In this document: piece by piece, positions 30,428 to 40,502 of the stretch
How positions within the stretch are numbered: position 1 is the first letter of the stretch
How the letters are laid out: every line of letters begins with the position of its first letter
DNA from: Chitinophagaceae bacterium
Lineage (GTDB): Bacteria; Bacteroidota; Bacteroidia; Chitinophagales; Chitinophagaceae
Assembly: GCA_947458335.1 (NCBI GenBank)
Contig: CANGYW010000001.1
Span: 1-52,415, forward strand
Direction of reading: 5' to 3'
Length of the DNA stretch: 52,415 bases
Notes under the pieces: generated by a model
What the model was told of the DNA's origin: nothing
Database searches by the model: none
What the model saw: only the letters and a program-made list of their open reading frames with translations
Translations under genes and position numbers: made by a program

Positions 30428-30802
30428 TTACTCCACCAGCTGTTTAGGCTTTCGGTTGGGCATTCTGTCAATCTTTTCTTCTTTTCGTGCTATTGAGTCC
30501 ATCATCGTGGCTACCAAGTCGGGGCGTGTTTGATAGTAACGAAAACTCTCTTTAAACTGCTGCTCAGATATACGATGGATAGCCAGTACTCGGTTGTACC
30601 ACTTGATCTTTTCGGATTCTTTGTTAAGTGAGCTGTCTTTGGGCAGTGCAAAACTAACAACGAACTGGTCGGCCCTCATTAGATCCCAGACCACCTCTTG
30701 CATTTTCTCGGGCGGTAGCACCCCAGCCGGAATCGACTTGCTAGATTCACAAGCCATTATAGACAACCATCCCAGTAGCAGGCAAAGAAAAAGGAACCTC
30801 AT
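30428..30802 (-). CDS. DUF4296-like lipoprotein
   Basis: Lipobox IMAC; KMQEV..D, F.ES..YY..RP pattern. Confidence 0.7.
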   Translation of the reverse strand: MRFLFLCLLLGWLSIMACESSKSIPAGVLPPEKMQEVVWDLMRADQFVVSFALPKDSSLNKESEKIKWYNRVLAIHRISEQQFKESFRYYQTRPDLVATMMDSIARKEEKIDRMPNRKPKQLVE

Positions 30803-31710
30803 AACGATTTATAGAGCGCAATATTGGTGATGTCCATTTTAGTCAGTAACTCGCGCGCCCGGGCACGTTGCTCACTACCTCCCTTACTGAATACTTTGAC
30901 CAGTTCATTAGCCTTTCCCTGAAAAAAGAAAGGTACAATCATCGAGTTGAGATTTTCCGTATTGACGGTATTGAGATAATTGAGCGCATTCAACATGCCA
31001 TTGCGTCCGGCTTCCTCGTTCTCAAAAAAAACATCCATTCCGGTACGGTAATACGCATAGATTGCATCATGCACCAAAGTAAAACGATTGTTATTCATAT
31101 TCTCGGCCAGCCAATAACGATTGCGGAGGCCATCAAATGATTTCCATCCAGCAATGTCGCGAGAACCCGGAGCATTATTCACAATATTCCAAGCTCGTTG
31201 AAAATACAGATCGCCTCCTCGCAACGCATAGGAGTCATAATCCAAACCTAGAATAATATTGATGTAAAAAGCAATGACAGCCGTCAGATTAGCCACTAGG
31301 GGATCGTTGCCTTGTACCCGGTTCTCGTTAAATTCGATAGGCTGAAACTCGACATACTTAAAGACTACATTGTCATCCTGAAAATTAATGAGGGGGCTCT
31401 CGTACGAAGTGTTGTAAACAGGGCGAGCGGCCTGTACGGTCAGCTTTCCTTTAAACACATTATTGCCAAGATCTTGATCGATACTAATCAGAAAACTACA
31501 CTGAATCTTTTCGGCGGGACCAAAGGCATCGGGCGTCCACTTACGAGTATTGATAAAAGTGGTAAGCCCTCCTTGCAAGGTCTGAAAAATCTTACGATCG
31601 ACCTGCGAACTTACTTTGTTGGCAATGATACTGACGCGCGACTGTAATTCTTGGGCCGATAACCCGATCGAAAGCCCCAGGGCCAGTAATAAAAATAAAC
31701 GGGGTAACAT
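30799..31710 (-). CDS. porD: DUF4835 family protein (T9SS PorD)
   Basis: AQEL, RPVYNTSY.S, NLTAVIAFY..IILG.DYDS, NRYWL, Y.YYR.GMD; usual position after rpoZ. Confidence 0.8.
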   Translation of the reverse strand: MLPRLFLLLALGLSIGLSAQELQSRVSIIANKVSSQVDRKIFQTLQGGLTTFINTRKWTPDAFGPAEKIQCSFLISIDQDLGNNVFKGKLTVQAARPVYNTSYESPLINFQDDNVVFKYVEFQPIEFNENRVQGNDPLVANLTAVIAFYINIILGLDYDSYALRGGDLYFQRAWNIVNNAPGSRDIAGWKSFDGLRNRYWLAENMNNNRFTLVHDAIYAYYRTGMDVFFENEEAGRNGMLNALNYLNTVNTENLNSMIVPFFFQGKANELVKVFSKGGSEQRARARELLTKMDITNIALYKSL

Positions 31711-31721
31711 GATCAGCGAAA

Positions 31722-32063
31722 TTAGCTGAACAACTCATCCTCCTGCTTTCTGAAATAGACCTTATCGTCCATAAACTCCTGGGTAGCCAGCAGCGCAGGA
31801 TTCGGCATGCGCTCGTAGGCGCGAGAGATTTCGATCTGCTCTTTATTCTCGTGAATCTCTTCGAGACTATCGGTATGGCTGGCAAATTCCTCGAGCTTGT
31901 TATGCAACTCTTCTTTCAACGAAATATTGATCTGATTCGCGCGCTTGGCGATAATAGAAATCGATTCATAGACATTACCTGTCTTGGCTTTGATATCGGG
32001 CAGGTTGCGCGTTTCTACGTTGCTGGTAATACCGGCACTAAGCTGGCGTCTTAGTTTGCTCAT
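31722..32063 (-). CDS. rpoZ: RNA polymerase omega subunit (Bacteroidota type)
   Basis: TGNVYESISIIAKRANQI, LEEIHENKEQIEISR.YE.MPNP. Confidence 0.92.
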   Translation of the reverse strand: MSKLRRQLSAGITSNVETRNLPDIKAKTGNVYESISIIAKRANQINISLKEELHNKLEEFASHTDSLEEIHENKEQIEISRAYERMPNPALLATQEFMDDKVYFRKQEDELFS

Positions 32064-32874
32064 TAGTAAGGATTTTTATATTGTTCTGTGATAGATTCAA
32101 AAAGTTATCGACCTCTTTTTTCCATTTACTCTCTGGATAGCGATCCACAAATTCAAAACATTCGCTGACCACCTGCTCAAAACGCTCTGCCTTTTTTTCT
32201 TCAATACTCATTTCGGCAAAACGGTAATACGACCTTATCACCATCAGCTTATATTCATCAGCGCGATACGACTCGGGGTAGGCGTTTAACAGCGTAGTAA
32301 AAGCTACACCCGCTGCTCTAAACTGACCCAGATCGTAATACAATTGTGCACTTAGAAAATCTTTGGTTTCGAGTTTAGCCCGACAGATATCAATAATATC
32401 GTTTGCCTCTTTGTTACGCGGCGATCCGGGATGCGTATTAATAAATGTCTGCATCATTCCCATGGCGCGTACCGTGTTGGTCTGATCGAGTTGCGCCTTG
32501 GGAGATTGTTTGTAGAAACAATACGCCCGCATGTAATCGATCTCTTCGGCTCGTGCACTGGTAGGAAAGATCTCTAGGTAACTCTTGAAAAGATTTTCGG
32601 CATTCATGAAATCCGAAAGATGGTAGGCGCAGTAGGCGTATTTGTAATAGATATCTTCGAATTCCTTGCTTGTTTTAAAGAAAGGCATGATATCCTCATA
32701 GACCTGCTGGGCCTTGATGTAGTCTTTTTTTACAAAGAACTGCTCTGCCCGACGAAGCTTATACGATGCATCCGGATTCTTGAGCAATTTGGTCATACTC
32801 TTCGCACATCCGGAAACGGACACGATCGCCACGCTCATCACCAATAACACACTGAATCGCAATAAGATGGACAT
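32038..32874 (-). CDS. bamD: Outer membrane protein assembly lipoprotein BamD
   Basis: Lipobox VSGC, TPR helices, SP...LDQT.T..A...Q.FIN..P.S. Start moved to ATG 32874. Confidence 0.92.
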   Translation of the reverse strand: MSILLRFSVLLVMSVAIVSVSGCAKSMTKLLKNPDASYKLRRAEQFFVKKDYIKAQQVYEDIMPFFKTSKEFEDIYYKYAYCAYHLSDFMNAENLFKSYLEIFPTSARAEEIDYMRAYCFYKQSPKAQLDQTNTVRAMGMMQTFINTHPGSPRNKEANDIIDICRAKLETKDFLSAQLYYDLGQFRAAGVAFTTLLNAYPESYRADEYKLMVIRSYYRFAEMSIEEKKAERFEQVVSECFEFVDRYPESKWKKEVDNFLNLSQNNIKILTNEQTKTPA

Positions 32875-32972
32875 AGGGGTAGCAAAGTTAACGCTTATAG
32901 GCAAATGTTACGTAAAAAAGATAGTCGCCCAAGAACAGGGCGTTAATATTGTGATAATCTATTGCTTTTCAA

Positions 32973-33002
32973 ATAAAAAGGCCCCGATTTCCCGGGGCCT
33001 TT
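32973..33002 (-). terminator. Intrinsic terminator of the OmpA-family gene
   Basis: Stem AAAGGCCCCG/CGGGGCCTTT running into a T-tract on the minus strand. Confidence 0.85.
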
Positions 33003-33022
33003 AGTATAAAAAGAAGCTATAA

Positions 33023-34732
33023 TTAGTTCTTACGCAAATTGGGGTGTGGAGGATCGACGCGGTTAGGACCAGTCTCGCCTTCGGCCGCGGCACGAAGGTC
33101 TACCGTGTTGCAATCACCGCCCATCTGGCCGTAGTTGAAGATAAAACGATCTTGGCTGATACCTTCTTTATCTACCATGTAAGAGATGATAGCATTAACG
33201 CGATCCCAGCTAAGCTGCTGCTCACGCTTATCTCCTGCACAATACCCTACTACCACCACCTGGCAACCGGGATTGTTACGTACGCGAGAAGCGGCAGAAG
33301 CCAACACAGATTTGGCATCATCAGAAAGTTTATTGCTTCCTGCCTTGAAAGCCACACTGGGGAGTGCTCCCACTTTTTGCTCACAAGTAACAACTGGAGG
33401 AGCCACATTTACTTTGCAATCATCGGGGCACTTACAGTTACCCACGCCATCTGCATTAACAGGCTGGCAACGTGTGGGGGTAATCAATTCTTTGTCTTTA
33501 CAATCAGGAACACCATCACCATCGGTATCCAAACTTACGCCGTGCGTATCAACAGGACAACCGGCAGGGGTTTGCTCACGATCAAACTGATCGGTCACAC
33601 CATCACCATCCGTATCAAGCAATACGGGTTTGGGGATGTTCATCAAACGGGGGTTGCGAAGTTCAGCATAAGGATAGTCGAGTGGGTTAAGCCAGTATAA
33701 AGGCTGAACACTGTTTTTTCCAATGTTGATATTAAGACCGAGTGACATGTAGTTGTAAGTGTCGAAGTCACGGGTTTGAGCTGCATCTCCATTGGGATGA
33801 CCTTGCCAGCGCTGACCATCGAGCAAATCGTCACGAGTAACGGACCAACGATCTTCGAAAGCGATATTGATCTTGTCGTTGAGCTTATAGGCAAAACCGA
33901 TACCGAAGGTACCCAACGGTCTGAACGTGCTTCCATTACTGTTGGCACTTGCATTACGTTCAGCGGGTGTTTCGAATGAATTATCAAGAACATTGTTCTT
34001 GAGGTTTTTAATAAAATCTCTGCGATCGCTGTATGCGGGGTCTGTCAGCGCATTGAAATTGTACTTATTAGTTCCGTTGAGCGCATTGACACGAGTCTCG
34101 TAGATGGCAGCACCGATACCGGCAATACCATAAATGTTCAAACTGGTGTTTGTCTTATTGAACTGAATGTTGTTGAGCGTAAGCAATGCTTGTACAGTTG
34201 CTTCTGATACTTTGATCTGGTAATTGTAAAACACCTTGTCAAAAGTAGAAGTGGGTTGACCAGTGGTAGAAGAAACAATGCTCACGACATTGTTAGCTCC
34301 TATGGCTGCGCGAGGAGCACTGTAGCGCTGTGCAGGGCTAGCAATGTTAGCACCCCAGGCAGGATTTTTGGCGTAGTTGGTATTACCACGATATTCATAT
34401 CCTCTACCGATGGCGTACATGTATTCTCCACGAATAGAGAGTGTGTAGCCCAACGATTTTCTGACATGAAAACCAAAACCGGGAGAAAGAAATTGAGAGG
34501 GAACATCACCGCTTACCTGAAACAGTCCGGCTTTAACACCCACTTCCCATTGGCTGCGGGGCTTAGCGGGATAGTTGTAGGTTCCATTTAGGAATTCCGT
34601 ATGCTGGGGCATTCTTTTGGAAGGAATCAAAGAAGAATCCTTGAGATCATAGGAATTACCTACTCGCTGCGAAAAACCATAGGTGGCTAACAGACTAAAA
34701 AGCACCGTTAGCAGGTATGCACTTTTTCTCAT
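33023..34732 (-). CDS. OmpA-family outer membrane protein with thrombospondin type-3-like repeats
   Basis: Signal peptide, beta-barrel strands, D.LDG motif, DTDGDGV x2, C-terminal V.F..GS..L...LSWDR domain. Confidence 0.85.
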   Translation of the reverse strand: MRKSAYLLTVLFSLLATYGFSQRVGNSYDLKDSSLIPSKRMPQHTEFLNGTYNYPAKPRSQWEVGVKAGLFQVSGDVPSQFLSPGFGFHVRKSLGYTLSIRGEYMYAIGRGYEYRGNTNYAKNPAWGANIASPAQRYSAPRAAIGANNVVSIVSSTTGQPTSTFDKVFYNYQIKVSEATVQALLTLNNIQFNKTNTSLNIYGIAGIGAAIYETRVNALNGTNKYNFNALTDPAYSDRRDFIKNLKNNVLDNSFETPAERNASANSNGSTFRPLGTFGIGFAYKLNDKINIAFEDRWSVTRDDLLDGQRWQGHPNGDAAQTRDFDTYNYMSLGLNINIGKNSVQPLYWLNPLDYPYAELRNPRLMNIPKPVLLDTDGDGVTDQFDREQTPAGCPVDTHGVSLDTDGDGVPDCKDKELITPTRCQPVNADGVGNCKCPDDCKVNVAPPVVTCEQKVGALPSVAFKAGSNKLSDDAKSVLASAASRVRNNPGCQVVVVGYCAGDKREQQLSWDRVNAIISYMVDKEGISQDRFIFNYGQMGGDCNTVDLRAAAEGETGPNRVDPPHPNLRKN

Positions 34733-34772
34733 AATAAGGCTTTATAAATTAATTTTTTTGTAAAAATTGGTA

Positions 34773-34803
34773 CAAAGGTAGACAAGTCAGTCGAATATGC
34801 AAA
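34773..34803 (-). promoter_or_regulatory. Consensus promoter of the OmpA-family gene
   Basis: TTTG-N19-TACCTTTG on the minus strand. Confidence 0.75.
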
Positions 34804-34921
34804 ATTTTAATTGCTTGTAATTCTCCCATTTCTCACTACTACTCAATGAGTTAATAGAAAGTTAACCGCCAACCATGGGCTGGTGGTAATCATTATTTTG
34901 CAGTATCTTGTCGCCCCCGAG

Positions 34922-35884
34922 ATGAAATTACCCGCCGCCTTAATTCAAAAAGAGCTGGATCTTTTTGAGGTCAAATTCAACGAAGCAGTTCAAAGCCAGG
35001 CCCCTTTGCTGGACCGTATTATGCGTTACGTGGTCAAACGAAAGGGCAAGCAATTGCGGCCCATGTTCGTACTACTGTCGGCCAAACTTTGCGGGGAGAT
35101 CAACGACAGCACCTATAGAGCTGCCTCGCTGGTAGAGATTTTGCATACCGCTACCTTGGTGCACGATGATGTAGTGGATGACTCGCTGGAACGAAGAGGA
35201 TTTTTTTCTACCTATGCCCTTTGGAAAACAAAAGCCAGCGTACTAATTGGCGACTACTTGCTGGCCAAAGGACTATTGCTATCGCTAGAGAACCAAGATT
35301 ACCCTCTATTGCATATTCTCTCCGATGCTGTTAAAAAGATTAGCGAAGGGGAATTGTTGCAACTAGAGAAAGCGCGCAACCTAAATCTGAAGGAAGAGAT
35401 TTACTATGATATTATTAAGGGAAAGACCGCTTCGCTACTGGCCTCGGCCTGTGCAGCCGGAGCTTGGTCGGCCGGACAAGACAAAGCACTGACAGAAAAA
35501 ATGCGACAGTTCGGCGAGTTGACAGGGATGGCCTTTCAAATAAAGGACGACCTGTTCGACTATGCTAGCGAAGATGTAGGAAAACCCACCGGCAACGACA
35601 TCAAAGAAAAAAAATTAACCTTACCACTCATCTACACGCTCAATCACTGCGATGCAGTTACACGAAGAAAAATTATTTATATCGTAAAGAATAATAGTCA
35701 AGATAAAAAAAAGGTGAGCTGGGTACTCGAGCAGGTTACCGCTACCGGAGGCATTCGTTACGCCACCTCCCAAATGAATCATTTTAAAGAACAGGCTCTC
35801 TCACTCCTACACACGTTTCCGGCATCGGATGTTAGAAAAGGACTAGAGGACATGGTCTTGTTCGTAACCGACAGAAAATATTGA
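34922..35884 (+). CDS. ispB: Polyprenyl diphosphate synthase
   Basis: GKQLRP, HDDVVD...RRG, GELLQ, KTA, FQIKDD, GKPTGND..E.K.TLP. Confidence 0.88.
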   Translation: MKLPAALIQKELDLFEVKFNEAVQSQAPLLDRIMRYVVKRKGKQLRPMFVLLSAKLCGEINDSTYRAASLVEILHTATLVHDDVVDDSLERRGFFSTYALWKTKASVLIGDYLLAKGLLLSLENQDYPLLHILSDAVKKISEGELLQLEKARNLNLKEEIYYDIIKGKTASLLASACAAGAWSAGQDKALTEKMRQFGELTGMAFQIKDDLFDYASEDVGKPTGNDIKEKKLTLPLIYTLNHCDAVTRRKIIYIVKNNSQDKKKVSWVLEQVTATGGIRYATSQMNHFKEQALSLLHTFPASDVRKGLEDMVLFVTDRKY

Positions 35885-35888
35885 TCGA

Positions 35889-37592
35889 TTGCAAAAGAGA
35901 TGGAAAATAGTTCCCGCTCAGCCTGCAGCAGCTACTCGCCTGCGAGAGCAACTACAGATTCATCCGGTGCTGTGCGGGTTGCTGGCGCAACGGGGTATCA
36001 CCGACTTTGACCTTGCCCGTTCTTTTTTCAGACCCTCCCTTGACCACCTTCATAGCCCCTGGCTAATGAAGGATATGAAAAAAGCTACCGATCGTATTGA
36101 GCGTGCCCTCGCGGGGCATGAGAAAGTGATGATCTTTGGAGATTACGATGTAGATGGTACTACCTCAGTTGCTAGCCTTTATCTCTTCTTAAAAAAAATA
36201 CACGCTCCCCTTTCTTACTACATACCACACCGCTACCGAGAGGGATACGGCGTAAGTAAGGCCGGCATCGACCTGGCAGCGAGTCAAGGCATCACTCTTA
36301 TTATCTCTGTAGACTGTGGTATCAAGTCGGTCGAACTGATCGACTATGCCCGCACGTGTGGAATCGATTTTATCATTTGCGATCACCATCTACCCGACGA
36401 AGAACTACCGGCCGCCATTGCCATTTTGAATGCCAAACAAAAAGACTGTCATTACCCGTACAAAGAATTATGTGGGTGTGGGGTTGCCTTTAAATTGATG
36501 TGTGCATTACAAGAACAACTGCAATTACCCGCTGATGCTGCGTATGGCTATCTCGATCTGTTAGCTACAGCTATTGCTGCAGACATTGTACCCATGACTG
36601 GAGAAAACAGAATACTCGCCTTTCATGGTCTTCAAAAAGCCAATTCCCGACCCAACTATGGTATTGCAGCATTGGCAGAGATCGGCAGCGTGCAGTTACC
36701 GCTCACCATTCACCAACTAGTCTTTATGATTGCCCCGCGGGTCAATGCAGCCGGCCGCATGGACGAGGGGGGCAAAGCGGTCGAACTTTTTATTGCCGAC
36801 TCGTTTGAGGATGCCTTGGGATTTGCATCGCAACTACAAAGTGACAATAGCGACAGAAGAGAGGCCGATAAAATCACTACGCAAGAGGCGTTGCAGCTGA
36901 TTGAAGAAAATCCTGCCTGGCAAAACAGCAAATCCACGGTGGTATTTCAGCCTCACTGGCATAAAGGTGTGGTGGGCATTGTAGCCTCCCGGCTCATTGA
37001 GCATTATCATCGACCCACCATTGTGCTTACCCGATCAGGAGAGCAGGTAGCCGGAAGCGCTAGAAGCGTGCCCGGATTTAACTTATATGAGGCTATTCAC
37101 GCTTGCAGAGAACACCTGATTGGCTACGGCGGCCATTTTGCAGCAGCAGGTATGACGCTAGAGCCCGATCAGGTTGATGCTTTTCGTGATAAATTCGAAT
37201 CGGTGGTATCGGCTACTATCTTACCCGATCAGTTGATACCGGAAATCGTTATCGACCAAGAGCTCGGTTTGCACGATGTTACCCCCACTTTCTTTTCTAT
37301 TCTTTCGCAAATGGAGCCCTTCGGCCCCGAGAATCTTAGACCGGTTTTTTTGATTCGAGGACTAGTAGATACCGGTCAGTCCAAAATTGTAAAAGAAGAG
37401 CATATTCGTTTTTCGCTCCAAGACAAGACGGCACGCAAGACCCTAACAGGCATTGGCTTTGGATTAGCCCCCCATTTTGCGCTGCTTAGCAACCGACAAC
37501 CCATTGATGTAGTTTGCACCCTCGACGAAAATCATTTCAACAACAAGACCACCTTACAGCTACGTGTAATGGATATTCGCACTGCTCAGTAA
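35889..37592 (+). CDS. recJ: Single-stranded-DNA exonuclease RecJ
   Basis: GDYDVDG, EGYG, VDCG, DHH, PRVNAAGR, GSARS, GGH..AAG, EPFG; TTG start. Confidence 0.96.
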   Translation: MQKRWKIVPAQPAAATRLREQLQIHPVLCGLLAQRGITDFDLARSFFRPSLDHLHSPWLMKDMKKATDRIERALAGHEKVMIFGDYDVDGTTSVASLYLFLKKIHAPLSYYIPHRYREGYGVSKAGIDLAASQGITLIISVDCGIKSVELIDYARTCGIDFIICDHHLPDEELPAAIAILNAKQKDCHYPYKELCGCGVAFKLMCALQEQLQLPADAAYGYLDLLATAIAADIVPMTGENRILAFHGLQKANSRPNYGIAALAEIGSVQLPLTIHQLVFMIAPRVNAAGRMDEGGKAVELFIADSFEDALGFASQLQSDNSDRREADKITTQEALQLIEENPAWQNSKSTVVFQPHWHKGVVGIVASRLIEHYHRPTIVLTRSGEQVAGSARSVPGFNLYEAIHACREHLIGYGGHFAAAGMTLEPDQVDAFRDKFESVVSATILPDQLIPEIVIDQELGLHDVTPTFFSILSQMEPFGPENLRPVFLIRGLVDTGQSKIVKEEHIRFSLQDKTARKTLTGIGFGLAPHFALLSNRQPIDVVCTLDENHFNNKTTLQLRVMDIRTAQ

Positions 37593-37605
37593 AAACCCTC
37601 CTACA

Positions 37606-39720
37606 TTAGTTCCAGGTCAGTTGCAAATCATCAATGGCTGTTGAAGGCCTGTTATTGCTTCCTGTAGTAGCGGTGAGTGTCACGATACGGATCCAGACTT
37701 TCTGAGAAAGGTTATTGAGTGCTGATCCAAAGTTGACCGTTACAGGAGTGCTAGCAAACGTGCCTACGTTCGTGGTTAGTGTAGCCGGGGCTGTCGTTAC
37801 TGCAGTAAAAGAGCTGGGAGTATCGCCCACAGCATACTCAACTCGCCAAGTAGCTGTTCGTCCCCCGGGGGTGGCGTCGAGAGATTGAAACAAAAAACTC
37901 ATTTGAAAATTGTTCTTTCCACTTGTATTTGCCAACTCAAACAAGAAGGAGGAGCCGGGATCGTATCCTGCAGCACTGGTCTGACGAATACCAAGTGCAC
38001 GGTTGGTAGAAGCTGCCTGTGCGGTTGCATCGCTGCTTGAAGTGAGCCCGGTCGCAGAGGCAAAATTCTTAGCCCCTGCACTCGTTTGATTCCATGCGGT
38101 TGGCGTTGCAAAACCAGCCGTGGGAAAAACCGGCATATCACCCGTACCCAACGAAGTAGCCGATGCTCCTATCTTAACATACACGCCCTGTGGAAGTCCA
38201 TTGGCTAAACCATCAAAATTCTGGGTATACGGAGAAGTGGTAAGCAATAACCCACCCGAAGGAGGAGGTGGTGGAGCAGATCCACCCTCTACGTCGGTAA
38301 GATTTCTAAAAGAAATCTGCTTGGTCGTATTGAAAGGGGTCAAGTACCCAGTAAGAGAAGTAGCGGACGTGGGATAAGTTGCGGCAGCGAAACTAGCCCC
38401 TGTACTGGTAAATACGGGCAGAGTGCCAGAAGCATCAGTCATGGTAACTGAACCACCCCAACGACCACCCGTGCCACCCGAGAACGTGACCGTTGCAACA
38501 CGAACAAGGGTAGACTCCCAGGTGCGAAAATTAGTGTTAATGGCAGCCAAGGTGGCTACCCTAGGCGCAATCGTTTTGCCCGTCGATACAAGTTGAGCAA
38601 AATTGAGGGGTACATTATTGAGTTGTAAAAGCCCATTGAATTCAGAAAGTTCCTGACCCGAAACATTTATATCTATGGAATCTCCCAAATTAAATGTATG
38701 CGCCGAAGCAAAACGCACGCAGATACCAGCCAATCCGTTTCCTTGCTGCAAATAAATATTTTGATTATTGAGGTTATTGGTGGTTCTATCGCTAATCACC
38801 ACACCCGTAATTTTTCTGCCCGAGGGCGCAAATGTGCTTGATCCAGTGAATAAGGCTCGCAACTCTGCAGTAGACATTAGTGCAGCAGGACCAGTGCCAC
38901 AACGGGTACCGGACAATCTCACATCACTGGTATCACGTATGGTCAGTTGGCGGGTACTCCCGAAATAAGAATAAATACCCGTGATACTACCATTGCCGGC
39001 AGGCATTTTGAGGTTGGCAAAGTTGGCGTAGTTGCTAGTGCGAAGTGTAATGCGGTTAGTGGATGGAGCGGTACATGCTTGTAAAACCCTATTACCAGAT
39101 TGGGATGCATCTGCATAGTTTCGAGCAGTGTCGCCCGGAGCAACCTCCATTTCACTTAATTGAATTAACGTACTTATATAAGGATCTTGGAGCGAAGTGG
39201 TCAGCTGAGAAATGCTCACGGCCTTTGGAGTTAGTGGTTGATTAAGCGCTCCCTTCACTATATGCTGATCAAATAAATTAGGCGCTAGTAAAGTAACTCC
39301 ACCTTGGGTGATAAATGCAGAGTCGACTCCTCCTCCAAATTGTAACGTACCATTATATTGGCCAAGAAAAAGCCCCTTTAGCTTTACAAAAAGCCTACGC
39401 CCAACTGGATATTGATTGAACAAATTGCTTCCTGCAAGACGCAATAAGACACCGCCTGTTGCATCCTGTAATGCAATTTGCTGATAATAATTGCCGCTCT
39501 TGTCGTCACAAGCCACTATTCCCTCAATGATTAGCTCATCGGTAATGGCCACGGGGGCCCCTGTAGTGTATCGGGCTTTGACATCCCGAATAGTCGTATT
39601 GGCTACTACTGTAGTATCACCGGAACCACCTGGATCGGTAAAAGATTTCTTGCAACCCTGCGTTAGAGCAAGGGCTAAAACTAAAACGTAAATCAAAAGA
39701 GTGTTGGTTGCGATTTTCAT
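37606..39720 (-). CDS. Lipoprotein with two DUF5689-like modules and a C-terminal beta-sandwich domain
   Basis: Lipobox LTQGC; IEGIVACDDKSGNYYQQIALQD.TGG; second repeat ITGVVISD; APPPPP linker; YTQNFDGL...RALG...AIDD domain. Confidence 0.72.
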   Translation of the reverse strand: MKIATNTLLIYVLVLALALTQGCKKSFTDPGGSGDTTVVANTTIRDVKARYTTGAPVAITDELIIEGIVACDDKSGNYYQQIALQDATGGVLLRLAGSNLFNQYPVGRRLFVKLKGLFLGQYNGTLQFGGGVDSAFITQGGVTLLAPNLFDQHIVKGALNQPLTPKAVSISQLTTSLQDPYISTLIQLSEMEVAPGDTARNYADASQSGNRVLQACTAPSTNRITLRTSNYANFANLKMPAGNGSITGIYSYFGSTRQLTIRDTSDVRLSGTRCGTGPAALMSTAELRALFTGSSTFAPSGRKITGVVISDRTTNNLNNQNIYLQQGNGLAGICVRFASAHTFNLGDSIDINVSGQELSEFNGLLQLNNVPLNFAQLVSTGKTIAPRVATLAAINTNFRTWESTLVRVATVTFSGGTGGRWGGSVTMTDASGTLPVFTSTGASFAAATYPTSATSLTGYLTPFNTTKQISFRNLTDVEGGSAPPPPPSGGLLLTTSPYTQNFDGLANGLPQGVYVKIGASATSLGTGDMPVFPTAGFATPTAWNQTSAGAKNFASATGLTSSSDATAQAASTNRALGIRQTSAAGYDPGSSFLFELANTSGKNNFQMSFLFQSLDATPGGRTATWRVEYAVGDTPSSFTAVTTAPATLTTNVGTFASTPVTVNFGSALNNLSQKVWIRIVTLTATTGSNNRPSTAIDDLQLTWN

Positions 39721-39744
39721 TTTGTATGTTTTATAGCATTTGTG

Positions 39745-40476
39745 TTATTGAAGATCGGCCGTGCTTCTAATGCCAATTTGGGTGGCATCTTGAGTGGCCG
39801 TTTTAAAGATAGAAACATAACCGGTAATAGAGCGAGCCGATCTGTTGACCGTAATCCCCGAGGCACTGCGAACAAAAAGGGTGAGGCTACCTGTACCGTC
39901 AGTAAGAGTATAGGTAGTACCCGTGCTATTGGTGGCAGTCTGTGTAATAGCAGTAAGATTGCTTATCGTGACCAACGATGAGGCCCAGCTTTGACGATTG
40001 GCCAACACCTGCGCGCAAGTAGCGGAGCGAGGCGTAACCGTTAGGCTTAGCGGTACAGTAACAATCTTCTCTTTAGGAACACTCTTTAATTCCAAATCGC
40101 CATTAAACAAGATCAACTCACCTACTCCGGCTGCATCGATCTCAAGTACAGATCCAAGTGCGTACACCGGAGATCCTACCATGGTATACAGATAAATACC
40201 GGCTCCACTCTCATCTTGCAACCGAAAGTTGCCAGCCGCCTCATTCGCGCTATTTGAAATAACCACACCCCTAATCTTTTTTGTTCCAAAAGGCACCAAT
40301 ACAGTTCCCGTTCCTGCATAGAGCGCTCTAAATTGAATAAGTGGCAATAATTGCGAGGGATTTGTTGGAACTATTGGATCAGGACCCGTTGGGCCAATAG
40401 GCTGTTTATTGCAAGAAACCGCCAGCAGCAGCCACGCGGCAGTCGATAACAGTAAAAGAGAGCTAATTGATCTCAT
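39745..40476 (-). CDS. Single-module DUF5689-like lipoprotein
   Basis: Lipobox LAVSC; IRGVVISN...GNFRLQD; aligns by eye to the second module of the neighbouring gene. Alternative start 40497. Confidence 0.72.
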   Translation of the reverse strand: MRSISSLLLLSTAAWLLLAVSCNKQPIGPTGPDPIVPTNPSQLLPLIQFRALYAGTGTVLVPFGTKKIRGVVISNSANEAAGNFRLQDESGAGIYLYTMVGSPVYALGSVLEIDAAGVGELILFNGDLELKSVPKEKIVTVPLSLTVTPRSATCAQVLANRQSWASSLVTISNLTAITQTATNSTGTTYTLTDGTGSLTLFVRSASGITVNRSARSITGYVSIFKTATQDATQIGIRSTADLQ

Positions 40477-40502
40477 ATTGCTATGGTTGAATTTCAAAAT
40501 TA

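Noticed and set aside
33044-33700. 218-aa plus-strand ORF
   Set aside because: Antisense to the strongly codon-biased OmpA-family gene.
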